Source: the human T2T-CHM13v2.0 reference genome, Homo sapiens. Taken from it: 64,000 bases of DNA. How positions within the stretch are numbered: the stretch's first letter is position 1; every line of letters starts with the position of its first letter. This document shows, in pieces, positions 29,819 through 43,262 of the stretch. The notes under the pieces were generated by a model that did no database searches, had not been told where the DNA came from, and was given only the letters and a program-made list of their open reading frames with translations. Where the stretch lies: NCBI RefSeq assembly GCF_009914755.1, contig NC_060947.1. One strand, 5' to 3'. A program made the translations under genes and the position numbers.

Positions 29819-30980
29819 AAAGAGGCACATGCTTCCAGGTTGTGCTAGTTCAACTGGCCCAGAATCGTCAGCACCTCAGAGCAAACACTTTTAAAATGGT
29901 GAGTCTTGGGCACTTCACTTGCCTCATCCTAGTCCTGGAGCTATACAGCAAATAGCCTTGGCAGATACAGTGTTTCCCTCCAGAGCAAAGGGAGGAGCCA
30001 TGGGAGAGAGGGTGGGGTGTTGGAGAAGAACCTCAGAAGAGAGAGATTTATGAGAAGGGTCTGGAAAGCCAATCTAAGGAAAGTAGGACTTTTTAAGTAC
30101 AATGGATGCTTCAAAGTTGACTTTTGCTTATTTTGCTTTTAAATGGGGAAGCCATAGGATATGTATTTATCACAATGAATTATGATCGCTTGTATCTATA
30201 AAAAATTTTCCCTGCTAGGTTTTCAGCTCCTCACGGGACTCTATCTTGTTCACTTATGCCCTCCAGCTTCACCCCAGGAACAGAATTGCTACTCAAAACA
30301 AAAGTTAATTGAATTAATTAATGTATCTTAACAAATGAGTTAGCAAAAACTAACTTCCCCTCTCAGATACTTCACATGCATTATGTACTTCAATATCCCT
30401 TGTTTGTGAATAATTTTAAACAACTAAATGAAAAATTTGAATGTTCTTGAGGTTGTTGAACAAATTATTATACCAGGTTATGTCTTACAATTTTTCTCTC
30501 ACTTTTCATTACTGTATTCATGAGATGGCATATTTTTAATGACTTTGTGTGGGATACTAATACAGTAGTTATCTGCACTGTAAAATAAATTTTTATATTC
30601 TTTTTATTAAATATAACTTTTTAAATTCATAAGGTGCCATGTATTATTCATTGACAAGTCTTGGCTCATGATACAGATTATATATCATTTTTTCCATGTG
30701 TCATAAGTGGTCACTTAGATTGAAATAAAATTATATTTAATAAAACTCAGAGCTGGCAAATTTTTCTTTCATTTCAAAGTGAATTTCTGGCCACTTCCCC
30801 TTGCCAAACGTTACGGATGAAAAATCTTTCATTAAGACACTTATAAGAAGCTCATATACCAATATTTATTTTTTCTCTAAAATGCTTTCTTGGGTCTAAT
30901 AATTTTTATAGGTTAATAGTGCAAACCCCTTGAGAGAAAATATATGCCTTATTCACAAAGAAGGGAGAATATAACATATG

Positions 30981-31012
<32 letters not shown>
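30981..31012. repeat. (TA)n(GA)n microsatellite
   Basis: Directly visible. Confidence 0.9.
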
Positions 31013-31013
<1 letters not shown>

Positions 31014-32147
31014 TCCATTGAAATTTTACCAGACTCTAAATCCACTAGATTCTGCCCTTTTTCTTTCAATTCAAAAAAGTTCAAAGTTCTTCTTTAAAAC
31101 AATGTATAATTATAGAAAACGTATTAGTCAAAATTATTTTTATTTTAAATGCATTATAAAATTTCTTAAAATTCTTTCATAGCTATAATTTTGCCTACAA
31201 TACTATACACTTTGATAAGTGCAGAATCTTTCCAGAACTATTTCCTTTATTGATAGAAACTTACACTTCCTACTGAGGAAAATCAGGCTCAAAGGTGAGA
31301 AATGTATAACTTAAAGAGTTGCTCATGGTAACCAGAAACTCTAGCTTCTCTTTTCCTAAGCTTCTTTTACCATCTACAAATATAAGCTTCAGCTTCTCTC
31401 CTTTCCCTGCTCTTTCCTCTAAGCACTTGCACTTGCTTCTTAAAAATAATACTACCAGTATGCTCTGCCAGCTCTCACCAATGTTAGTTATTATTACCAC
31501 ATTTATACTGAAATTTGTGAAGTCTGACAAAATAAGGTGTAAAGGGAAACCAGGCATGTTTCTTTTATCAACCACTGTTTGTCACCAATTGTTCTGTAAC
31601 CGGGTGGATGAGAAAGGGGTGTTGGAAGTCTGGTCCTTACATGGGCCTCTCAACTTGATTCCCATCTGTAAGCACAGCCCTACCCACATACCCAATGGTC
31701 ACCATGGAAAACAGCTGAGAGTACAAAGGAAACCCAACTCCACTACCGGCAACAATTGACTCAACTTCAGGAAAATAAGCACTAGAGGGAAAAAAGAGAA
31801 AGCCTGGAATCTTCTCTTAACGACAAACCCCTAGCCATGTCATGTGCACCCTGAGCTTCCATGTTATCATTTGGAACAGAAAAACAACTAGTGCCTATTT
31901 CTCAAGGCAGTGTAGAGCTCAAATGACACAAAGCAAGTAAAAGCAGTTTCTAAATTCAATCTAGTTTTCAATTTGCATTCTCTTTTTTCCTAAGCATATG
32001 TATTTTCACTGCGCCAAAATTATATGCATTATATCCTCTTTAAAAAAAAAAACACACATTTAGATTAAAAAACAATCCCCTTGGGTCTCCAACCCCAGTT
32101 ATATCCATCATCTTCCCTTCCACAGAGCAAGCATTACCAGGAGCTAG

Positions 32148-32550
<403 letters not shown>

Positions 32551-33195
32551 TAAACAGACATTTGTTTCCAATATTTTATTAGCACAAATAGGCCTGAAAG
32601 GAGCATCTTTATTCCATCCTTGTACACCAGTGTGAGCATATAAGGCATGTAGCTCAAGGTGGAATTTCTAGGTCATTAAGGTTCACGTATTCCACTTGTA
32701 ACTTTTGCCACCCAAAGCCTTTTCAATTCTTTTACATGCTCACCAGCAGTGTACATCAGAGGACCTGTTTCCTCATATTCTGAGTATTTTCAGACTTTAA
32801 AAGTTTGGTCATTCCAATGAATGAAGAAATGACATTTTGCTGGTTAATAGTCAGGATGAACTTCTTTTCACAGAATGTATTAAATATTTGGATTTCTTTT
32901 CTGAATTGCCTGGGCAACCTTTGCCCATTTTTCTGTTCCATATTTTTTCTCTTCTTATTGAGGTATAGGGGTTCTTTATGCATTTTTGGATACTAATTAT
33001 TTGTCACATATGGTAAAAGTGTTTCTCCCCATCTGTTGTTTTTCCTTAAATTTTGTATACAGTAGTGTCCTTTGACTTGCAAAAGTCTCTACATTGACGT
33101 AGTCAAATATATTGTTTTCTTTTTACATATTGTGCTTTTTGTGATTTGTATTTTTAAAGTCTCCCATTCATCATGGTCATAAAGATACTATACTA

Positions 33196-33490
<295 letters not shown>

Positions 33491-34985
33491 GATATACTAC
33501 AATTTCTTATATTTTAAAGGTTCTTTAAAAAAAAAAAACTAAACATGTAATTTATCTGGAAATTTTTGTGAACGGTGTGAGAAAGCAGTCTATTTTTAAT
33601 GTCAAAGTCATTTTCCTAACATGATTTATTGAATGGCTCATCATTTCTTCATTGATTTTTAATGTCATTTTCTTCCTGGAACAATTTTCCATTTGTTTCC
33701 ATGTTCTCCATTCTGATTCTGATCTACCTGTCTCTTCCTGCACCAACAGCATGCTATGCTCATTACTATAGCCACTTAACAATGTGTCTTAACGTTTGGT
33801 AAGTTCCTTTTACAAACACGTCTTTTCTGCCCATTTACTATTCTATAAGGATTGTAGAATCTGGCCAGTTCCATTAAAAATCTCAGTGGGAGTTTTGGTA
33901 TTACAATAAATTCATAGATTCATTTGGAAAAAGTGTTCCAGCTGAATAATGTAGCTTGTATCTGCATTTACTTAGATATTTCTTGTCTTTTAACAAAGTT
34001 TTATATTTTTTCCTTAAAGATATTATATATATTTGATTGGCTGTGTAGTTTTACTAGGTTTGTATTGTTGTTGCTATACTGAATAGGATCTTACTTCTTA
34101 CCTATTTAATTGGTTGCTACTGGTGTATGGGCACAATAGTAATTTTTTATGCTAATCCTATCTCAAGAAATCTGACTGAACTCTCTTACTAGTTTTACAG
34201 CATAGGTTTATCCTCTTGAATTTTCTGTAAATGGTTTGAAAATAATGAAATTGTGCCTTCTTTCCTGTTACAGTCTTTATACTTCTTATTTCTTTTCCCT
34301 GTTGTATCATATTATGAGGACCTCCCGTACAATATTAAATAGTAGGAGAAGCAGAGACATCTTCATCATGTCTCAGATCCAGCCTCAATGGCAATACTTC
34401 TTGTCAGCATGAATTACCATCTTTGCTGAATCTTTATTTCTGTTCACTATGAGATTGTATCACTAATGGGTTTTGAAATTGTATCTCTCCTTTTGCCATT
34501 GATTAGAGTAAATGTATATATCTGTTTTCTTTTCATTTGCTAACATAGTGAATTCCACTGATAGCCTTAATAGTATTTAAACATCTTGTATTGCTGGTAT
34601 AAGCTGTCACTTATTTTTACAGCTTTGCTATTTTTCCAATTTTTTATTTGAGTTTTCTTATCGATGTCCTTAAGTGAGACTGACCTCTAATTTTCAATTG
34701 ACCTTACTGGCATTAGTTATACCCATATAAAATAAGTTTTATAAATTCTACTCTAGATGTATTCTATGGCAAATTTTGTAGAAGGGTATGTCTGTTCCTT
34801 TACATTTTGGTAAAATTTAGTCATAAAATTCTTTGGTGTTCAAGTTATTTTGAGGAGAGAGGGTTGTATTTTAAATCAGTGTTTTGATGTTTTATTGACT
34901 TTTTAACTCAAGCTTCCTACTTTTGGGCTAAGATTAGTTATTATATATTTGTTACATTGTAGATGTTCTCTTGTAAACTGTCTAT

Positions 34986-35298
34986 ATGGTCATGCGTCAT
35001 TTATCAATGAGATATGTTCTGAGACATGAGTGGTTAGGCAATTTTGTTCTTGTACAAACATCATAAATGTAGATATATTTACACACACCTAGGCTATATG
35101 GTAGAGCCTATTTCTCCTAGGCTACAAACCCGTACAGCATGTTACTGTACTAAATACTATAGGCAATTGGAATACAATGGTATTTGTGTATCTAAACATA
35201 GAAAAGTAAAGTAAAAAATGGTATTATAATCTCATTTGTCCAACAATGTATATTTGGTCGGTCATTAACTGAAATGTCATTATGCAGTGCCTAACTGT
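34986..35298. mobile_element. Tigger3/MER7-like Tc1-mariner non-autonomous transposon
   Basis: cctaggctacaaacccgtacagcatgttactgtact core. Termini ggtcatgcgtc...atgcagtgcctaactgta. Confidence 0.75.
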
Positions 35299-37299
35299 AA
35301 TTGGATTTTATATTCCAGTCTGAGACTCTTAACTGAAGATCGTAGTCCACTTGCATTTTTGTAATTACTACATTTGAACTTAATTCTGCCACTTCATTTC
35401 TTTTCTGTTTAACAGGTTTGCCTTTTATTTCCATTTTCCTGCCTCCAGTTGGATTGATAGTATTTTTTTCTTCATGTTTTTCTCCCCATTACCAATTAAA
35501 AGCCATAGTCTATTTCTTTACTTTTAGGGATTACCTTTAAATTGTTAACATACATACTTAAATTTATGTTTTGTTACCAAAGATTAAGTTAACCATTACC
35601 TATTCCTTCCTCCACCACAAACAAGAAACTTTAACCATCCTTGATTTTTATATAATTCCACTGGGATTCAAAGATTTGTTGTTATTTATTGTCAATCGCT
35701 TCTTCCTTTGTAGATAATATCTCCCCCTCCACTCCCACCCCTGTAGCTTCTATGCTTCTCTTTTCACCTATGATGTCCTAAAACGTTATTCAAATAAGTC
35801 TAGATATATTTTTTGGATCCTGCTCAAATTTGGACGTCTTCTATCTGAGAATGTCCTTCAGTCTCATCTTCAACTATTGCTCCCTCTATGTACCTCTTTC
35901 TGGTTTTGAAAAATCTATTAGATAAAGGTTGGAATTTCTTCTAGAACATATCTACTTTGTTTTCCATCTTTTAATATCTATGCTACATTTTGTCCATGGT
36001 TATCTCCAACCAGTTATGCAAGTTATACAAGATGCATACTTCCCAAAATGACCTCCTCTGAGTGGATGAGTTTGGGGCTTACATTTGGCACAACTCCAGG
36101 TTTTGTGGCCCATATGTAAAATTAGTTCCCGAATTTTTAAAACTCATGTTTTAAAAAGCACTTGGGATACTCTCATGGTAAGAGAAGGCACGATTCAATC
36201 AACTAGAAAATAGTCTTAAGTGTGGGAGTCTAAAAGGTTCTCTGGAAGTGCCCAACTGGTTGTTGAGTAAAATGCTAAATTTTACTACGCTTCATCTTTT
36301 TAATCAAAAAGTAAATTATATAATCTCTCCACCTCTGTCTGTCAATCAAAGAAAATTAATCTATAAATGCCTCAAAATATAAAAGTCAGTCATTATATGA
36401 ATACAAATTATTTCTATGAATGCCATATTGCGCAAATCCTCATCCCTTGCTTTGCACCGAATGTCCTTCAAATTTGTCATCATTTATAGCCTTGTCTTTA
36501 AGGCAATTTCCTTCAACATGGAAATTAAGATTTGCCAGACGTCAGTGTAGTCATGTTCTGAAAACGTCCATCTCAGAAAACAAATAGTTTTAAGTGCTTT
36601 ATTGTGCGCACATGTTTGATTTTCTTTGGCTTACATTTCCTTTAAGAAAGCAGCAAGACTTAACACAACCAACAGGCATTTGAATGTGGCCAAACCTTTA
36701 AAGCAAGTCACTAAACTTTCCTGAGCAAAACAAAAAGGAATCTTAGGAATCTTAGAGGGATGTTTTAAAACACAACAGTTTATCTTTAAAACAGCTCATA
36801 TTTTTATTCATTTTAGTTCTTTTAAGAAATCAGGAGGTTCTAATTACAGAATTTATGCCATATTAAGATCATTCACTCTTGAATAAGTTTTACAGTTCGT
36901 AGTGTGCTTTCATATACATCAATTATTTATTCTTCACAAAAAGCCTACAAGTATTGCTTTACTAAGGAGAAAACTGAGCTTAAGTGCAGTTAAATGACCT
37001 ATGTAGCAACAAACCCAGTCAGTGGCTGAACCCAGACTCACAGTTACGCTGCCCACGCCAAGGTGTTTACTGCCTTCTCCAAGTCCAGCTCTCTTTGAAA
37101 TCACTTTAATGAAAATCACCGTAACAAACAAGACTTACAACAGTCACTTAATGACTCCACAGTTTAAAGGTTGCTATCAGATTTTGCTGCCACAAAACAA
37201 TTAGACGCATTTTATTGTAATCAGATGCAATCTGTATTTAAACAGCCAAGCTTTTGGTCTATGATTTTCTTAGGAGATTCTGCCCCAATGGGTTAACAG

Positions 37300-37660
37300 A
37301 GATATCAACAGCCATCACTACAATCCGGTTTTGGAACACTTCCATGCCCTTAGTAAGATCCTTCACACCCATTTACATTTATTCACCCCTCCCACCCCCC
37401 AGCCCTAAGCAACTACGAATCTACTTTCTGTCTCTACAGTTACCTTTTTTGGACATTTTAAATAAACAAAATCATGCACTATGTAGCCTCTTGCGCCTGG
37501 CTTTTTCACTTCAAATAATGCTTCTGAGGTTTTTCCATGAACAGCATATGTCAGTAGTTTGCTCCCTTTCACTGCTGAATAATATACCATTGTGTGAACA
37601 TACCACGTTTGTTTATGCACTCACCAATTGGTAGACATCTGGGTAGCTTCCACTTTTCCT
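37300..37660 (-). mobile_element. Old L1M 3' fragment
   Basis: aatctactttctgtctcta, ctgctgaataatataccattgtgtgaacataccac. Confidence 0.7.
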
Positions 37661-38330
37661 GAACCAACTTTTACTGCAATTTGACAGCTAGTTGTCCACG
37701 TTCTGTGTTCTCCTCTCCAGGACTCCAACTTCCTAAGTGGCTGTGGGTGCCTGTAGAAGATCAGATCTGATGTCTCAGTTCCCTCTGCGAACTATGATCC
37801 TTCTCAGTCCCTAGTCCAATGGATTACAACAAAATTAGCTTTTAAGGACTAGTAAGGCCATTATGTGACTTTTTCCATCTTCCTTTTTTATTACTACACT
37901 ATGAGCAGGGTCATTTAAGGTATTTTTTTTCCAGCCTCTGAGGCTGTGGTTACGGTTGCACAACTCCAATTTTCCTAAAAGTAATTGAATTGTACACTTA
38001 AAGTAGGTGAATTTTATGGTATATGAATTATATCTGCATAAAGTTGTTAAAAGGAGAAGGTTAGGGAGGACAGATGACAAAACAAGGGTATAGAAACCTA
38101 AATGATAAGGTTCAACTTGTCAACCTGAGCAACAGATACAACCATGAAAAGACCCACAGACAATCCTGAATGAGTCAGTCAGCAGTTCATTAGATTCAGG
38201 GTAATTCTCGCACGCAACTGGGAAAAATGGGCAGCAGGGCACATGGTTAACAGAACACACTTTTTACGCCATCAAAACTACCTTCAAGCCCTGTATCAGC
38301 CACTTCTTAGCAAAATAAGTCACCCAAAGT

Positions 38331-38520
38331 TTAGAGTAGATTTAACAAATAACGATAAAAGAAACTCAGTTGAATCTGAATTTCAGATAAACAATGAATA
38401 ATTTGCCAGTATATGTATGCCTCATGCAATATTTGGAGCATACTTATATTTAAAAATTATTTGTTGTGTATCTGAAATGCACAAATAACTAGGGGTCCTA
38501 TATTTTATCTAGCAACCCTA
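38331..38520. mobile_element. MER53 palindromic DNA transposon (MITE)
   Basis: gaatttcagataaacaatgaataa...tattttatctagcaacccta; near-palindromic. Confidence 0.8.
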
Positions 38521-41500
38521 CCAAATTTACATATCCCCTTGGTAATAGGGGGCATGTTAGTAAAACCAGAATATAGAATTGTAAGATTGAATAGGCCATT
38601 TAAATACATTAGCAACCGATCCCTAAAAATTAGCTTGTTATATAATTGTTCTTCTGCCTTAACCACCTCTTTAGGTGTTCAATCATCCCCTGCAATGTGG
38701 AGCCCCATCCTGAGCCACAGCTGGCTTTGATGGGATGTCAACAAATCACTCAGGTCTTGCTAATAACCCTACCATGAACAACTGACATGCAACAGCTAAT
38801 CATTCACCACAGACTAAGTCCTGGGCATTTCGCAAGAGGTAGTTCCTATGTAGGGACTTAGGAGGGAAGACTAGGGAAGGGAAAGAAGAAACTATGCTTA
38901 GATAACGAGCACAGTTCCGGAACTAAAACCTTCCCCCTGGACTCTTTTTTATGCCATCTACCATCACTACTCCCACTGTTCCATGCTGAGGACAATTCAT
39001 GATGACGACAGGTTAAATCAAACCCATGTACACGAGGTTTTAGCCACCGTAACAGCCAGCTCTCCCACACTCTGGCGTATCAACAATGCCAGGCTATGTT
39101 CACGTGACCTGAAGATAAGGGAGCAGATCATTCAAATAACTTTTTCATATTACTTTCTGATTCTGAAAGCAATTCAAAAAGAACAGTAGAAAAGAAAGAA
39201 AACAGTGACAACTTATCACCTAATGACAACCTGTGAGGAAAAAAGTTAAATAAATGCTATGTGTAATTTTACACAGATAGCATCATACTTTACTTTTATA
39301 TCTTCCTTATTTACAATAACATGATTATTTTTCCCAAATATTTTCCAAATACATGATTCTTAATGAGTACCTAATACTCCACAGAATAATTCTATAAGGT
39401 AACCATTCTATTTGGTTGGTGTCTATTTCTTATGATTTTCAGTACCAATAAAATCAACAGTCTTGTACAGATACCTTTATTTACATTAACATAATTTCCC
39501 TATGACACATTCCTAGAAAGGGAATTACTACATGGACAACTGCCAAATTTCTTTGCATATATAGTACACTAATTCGTACTGCCACTAGTACTGAGAATAT
39601 ATAGATCTACTTTTATAAGCCCCACATCTGCAACCCAAAGACCTGTTCCAGTTCTAAGGACAAAAATAACTTATGGTTATTTTTGAGAGAATAATACAAC
39701 TCTGACTTCTCTTTATTCCTGTCCTCAGGATAATCTTGGTATTCACAGAATAGCCGAGAGAAGAGACCACCAGGAGTTCACACGTGTGAGGCAAATGTCC
39801 ACTCACCATGCTCTAATGGCCTACAGAGTTCTGTAGATGTCAAATATGGCTTTTATGTAATGCTTCTTATTGGACTCACTCTCTGGGGTTGGAAGTAGTT
39901 ACTAATAGAGTGTGAGAGCAAGATATCAGGAGGCAGAATTGAGGAGAGTGCTGGGTGGCCGTGCTAAGTGCTCACATACTGGAGTTCCAAGAATAAATCA
40001 CTAGGTGGCTCATTTATATTGGGCTCTGTCCAGTGGAGGATGAGCTACAGGTAAACATGAGCATCATGGATCTCAGACAGGTAAAAGCATAAGGGCATTG
40101 ATTAAGACTGGCATCAGTGAATGACAGTAGTCAAAACTCATAGTTTGGTCACAGAAGAAACTCCAGTTATTATTTTTTTTTTGAGCAGCAAAGTAGTAGG
40201 CATATTTTCGTCTCTATAACTGATCCATTCTATCTGACCAGCTAGCTACAAGGAGACAGATGTCGACTTGTTTGAAGGACAAGATGTGAAACTTTCTAGA
40301 ATGAGAAAGGACAGATGATTTTAGTGAAAACAGACTTGTTTAAAAGTCCTTGGAACCAAAATAATTTGAAGGCAAAAATCATGGGTCCTGACAATTATAG
40401 AGAGTCTTGGCATAGGTTAAAAGTATATCATTTTGGAGAAAGTATTACCAGCTACTTAGATAATGTCTGAGCTTTAGAATAAGGGGAATCTAATACTGAA
40501 ATGCAGAGATACAGTAGCTCAGAAGTCTAAGGAAGATGGTAAATGTTGCAAAAAGCCTTCTGGTTGTTTCAGGATGCCTATGGGAGGGGTGTAGCTGTCA
40601 CATGTAGTTACATAGTATTCTAGAACAAGGCAGGCTCAAGGTGACCAAAAGTCTTTCAATATAAGATAGGCAGTACAATAGATCCCCTAAGAGCCAGTTA
40701 CATGGCATAAAGACAGAGCAAGAATACACAGATCTAGGTTGCTTTAGCCGGGTGGTGGTTCTGCCTGGCTGAGAAGAATTTAAAGAGCTTCTAAACTTAA
40801 AGGTTCCTAGCCTCTCCCAGTATGAAGTATTCAGTTCCATTTTTTAGTGGAGACTTTATTTCTTAGAAACTTTTTTAAACTTTTTGGAAATTAAACGTAC
40901 CAAACCCTCAGAAAAGATGACACAATCCAGACCATAAGAATGGATTTTGATTAAAAACTTTAGACATTTAAAGTTGTCGAAATAGATATTAGTTGGCCCT
41001 TGATTTAAGAAAAAACAATATGGTCTGCTTATGCTGACATTTGTTGATTTTAGTGTTAGAATCCTTAAAGCTAATAAGCAAGGAAGTCTTCAAACCTTGA
41101 GCTAATAATTATGAAGAATTTTCTTAAGCTTTTACAAGATTTCACTGACTAACTTGGAGTTTTCCATATTATTTAAGTATTTTCACATTTATATGTATCT
41201 TCTTGTTTATCTTCTTCCCTCTTCAGGCTATAGGACCCCAGAGCAGCACGGGCCACAGAACGGGGGTAGAGAAGGCATTGTTCACTTTTTAATATTTCTT
41301 TCGCTCAGTTGAAGTTTGTCTTCTGCTTCATTCTTACACTTTTCTTTTGTTGAGTTTTGGAAGAATGAGTCAACATTATCACTGGAGAAAAATAGCAGTG
41401 TCTAAAATTTAGAATCACAGTAGTTCACTAGATTTACTCATTATTGTTCAACTGGTGGTGTTTACTCTGTTTTCCTATGCTCAAATTAGAAATACCACAA

Positions 41501-42408
41501 ATCTGTATGAATACTATGTGTCATTAATATCGTCGGGTTAAATTCTTTAATTTTAAAGTAATTGTTGCAGGAAAAAACATAAGAGCGAAGGACAGAATCC
41601 AATATAGTATATACACATCTAGATCCATTTCTGCACCATTCTTGGAACAAAACCCTGAGTTCTATTTTAGGGAACATTAAAATATCTGTTGTTGAATCGT
41701 TATGTGCTACTTAAGACATAAGTAAACCCAAGTTAGAGAGTTGGATCAAAAGCCTCTGAACAAGACAAATCCCTATCAATAAATGGTTATCAACAGCCAA
41801 TAAGCTCAATGTTTAGTTCCTTACTCAATTTGCTATAGTCGAGGAGTCAAAATTGGGACTTTCAGGCCAAATTCAACCTAAAGAAAAATTCAAAACATTT
41901 CACAACTTTTCAAATAATTTGTTATCTCACATGGGTTGAGGGAGGGAGAGAAATTCCCTAGAACTCTGGCTTCTCTTGAACTCAGAAGTTCAGATCGTGC
42001 AGCTATATGTTACCTTCTTACATGGCACCAATCTGCTGGTTCTCCTTAGCTGCTGTCTTCTTTAGACAAGGCATATGCTGTCCCATTCACCACAGTCCTC
42101 ACTCTTCTCTATCACCACTCCTGGGCCACTTCCTTTATTTATATAACTTGCTTGGCCACTGTAGGTATTTTAATTAGCCAGCAAATATGGCAGGCAGACA
42201 GGGCTTCAGCTTTTCTGCTTCTCCCACACAAGTAGGCCTTTAGCCTCTGCTTTATTTCTGACCATGACAATGAGGCTATAGATTTACAATACAGACAGGA
42301 AGCAGATCACCCTGAACTTCACCTGTTACCTATCTCGTTGGGACAAGAAGTCTAATTCCTAGGCTTAGGATTCAACTCCAAATGTGCAGAGAAAAGGAAA
42401 AAAAAAAA

Positions 42409-42409
<1 letters not shown>

Positions 42410-42442
<33 letters not shown>
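42410..42442. repeat. (CA)n microsatellite
   Basis: Directly visible. Confidence 0.95.
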
Positions 42443-42444
<2 letters not shown>

Positions 42445-43099
42445 GTGAAGAAATCAATCAAGGTCACAAAGCCATTCCAAGCTGTTCTGTGTCTACGACC
42501 CATATTTTTTGATTTTCCACTCCTCAGAAGATCAAGAGGTAATGAGGAATTTCTCATAATAAATTATTACGAGTCTCTAGGGTGGGTGCTCTGAGGGCTC
42601 ATGGCTTAGACTTATAGACAGCATCTGCCTCACCATGGAGTATTCAGTAGCCTTCAGTCTTACCCTGCCAGTGAGCTCTCACTGGGGTGGAACAGGCTGT
42701 CCAGCATGGTAAAGAAGCAAGCTGAAACAAAGAGTTTGTCACTTTGTTTTTATTTTCTACTTTGGGTTCTAACAAAAGGATTCAAGAAGAGAGCAGTAAA
42801 TCAAGCAAGCACCTGCTCATCGGGTTGTCTATTGATGTTTTCACTTACCGTCCAGGATATTCAAAGAGAGGCTCAGAAGTTTTGGCATAAAGAAATCTTT
42901 TTATTTTCCATGATCAAAATTGCCTAGCCAGAAAGGGCATCAAAGCCACGGTATCTTCAGAGGAAGAGATAAATTCACTCCAGGTTGACAGGAGGGTCAC
43001 CTTGGCCATTTCTTCCCTTGCCTTAGAAGGAGGGCAGGAAAGGGAAGACCAATTTTGACTGGCAAATAGAGAATGCCTCAAGAAGGTGAAGATATGCCA

Positions 43100-43262
43100 T
43101 GGATCACTTCTTTCCAATGTGCATATAAGTCACTTGGAAATCTTGTGAAAATGAATGTGGGTTCTAATTCAGCAAGTCCAGGGTGGAGCCTGAGGTTCTT
43201 CATAAAGCTCTCCCAACATGCTGATGCTGCTGAACCTCTGACTACATTTTGAGCAGCAAACC
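43100..43262. mobile_element. MER5A-like hAT-Charlie MITE (similar copies near 44139-44330, 52575-52740, and split at 55447-55490/56150-56220)
   Basis: ggtggagcctgaggttct...aagctctccca..tgctgatgctgctg...ctacattttgag motifs. Confidence 0.65.

Larger units (their letters stand above)
23152..29943. mobile_element. Small hAT-type (MER96-like) DNA transposon split by an Alu monomer and an L1; arms ~23152-23207 and ~29819-29943
   Basis: Inverted termini cagagccaggactagagtgaagcaag (23152) and cttgcctcatcctagtcctggagcta (ending 29943). Family name from memory. Confidence 0.65.

Noticed and set aside
31319-31759. 146-aa ORF
   Set aside because: Non-ATG start, no recognisable domain or exon structure; consistent with chance.
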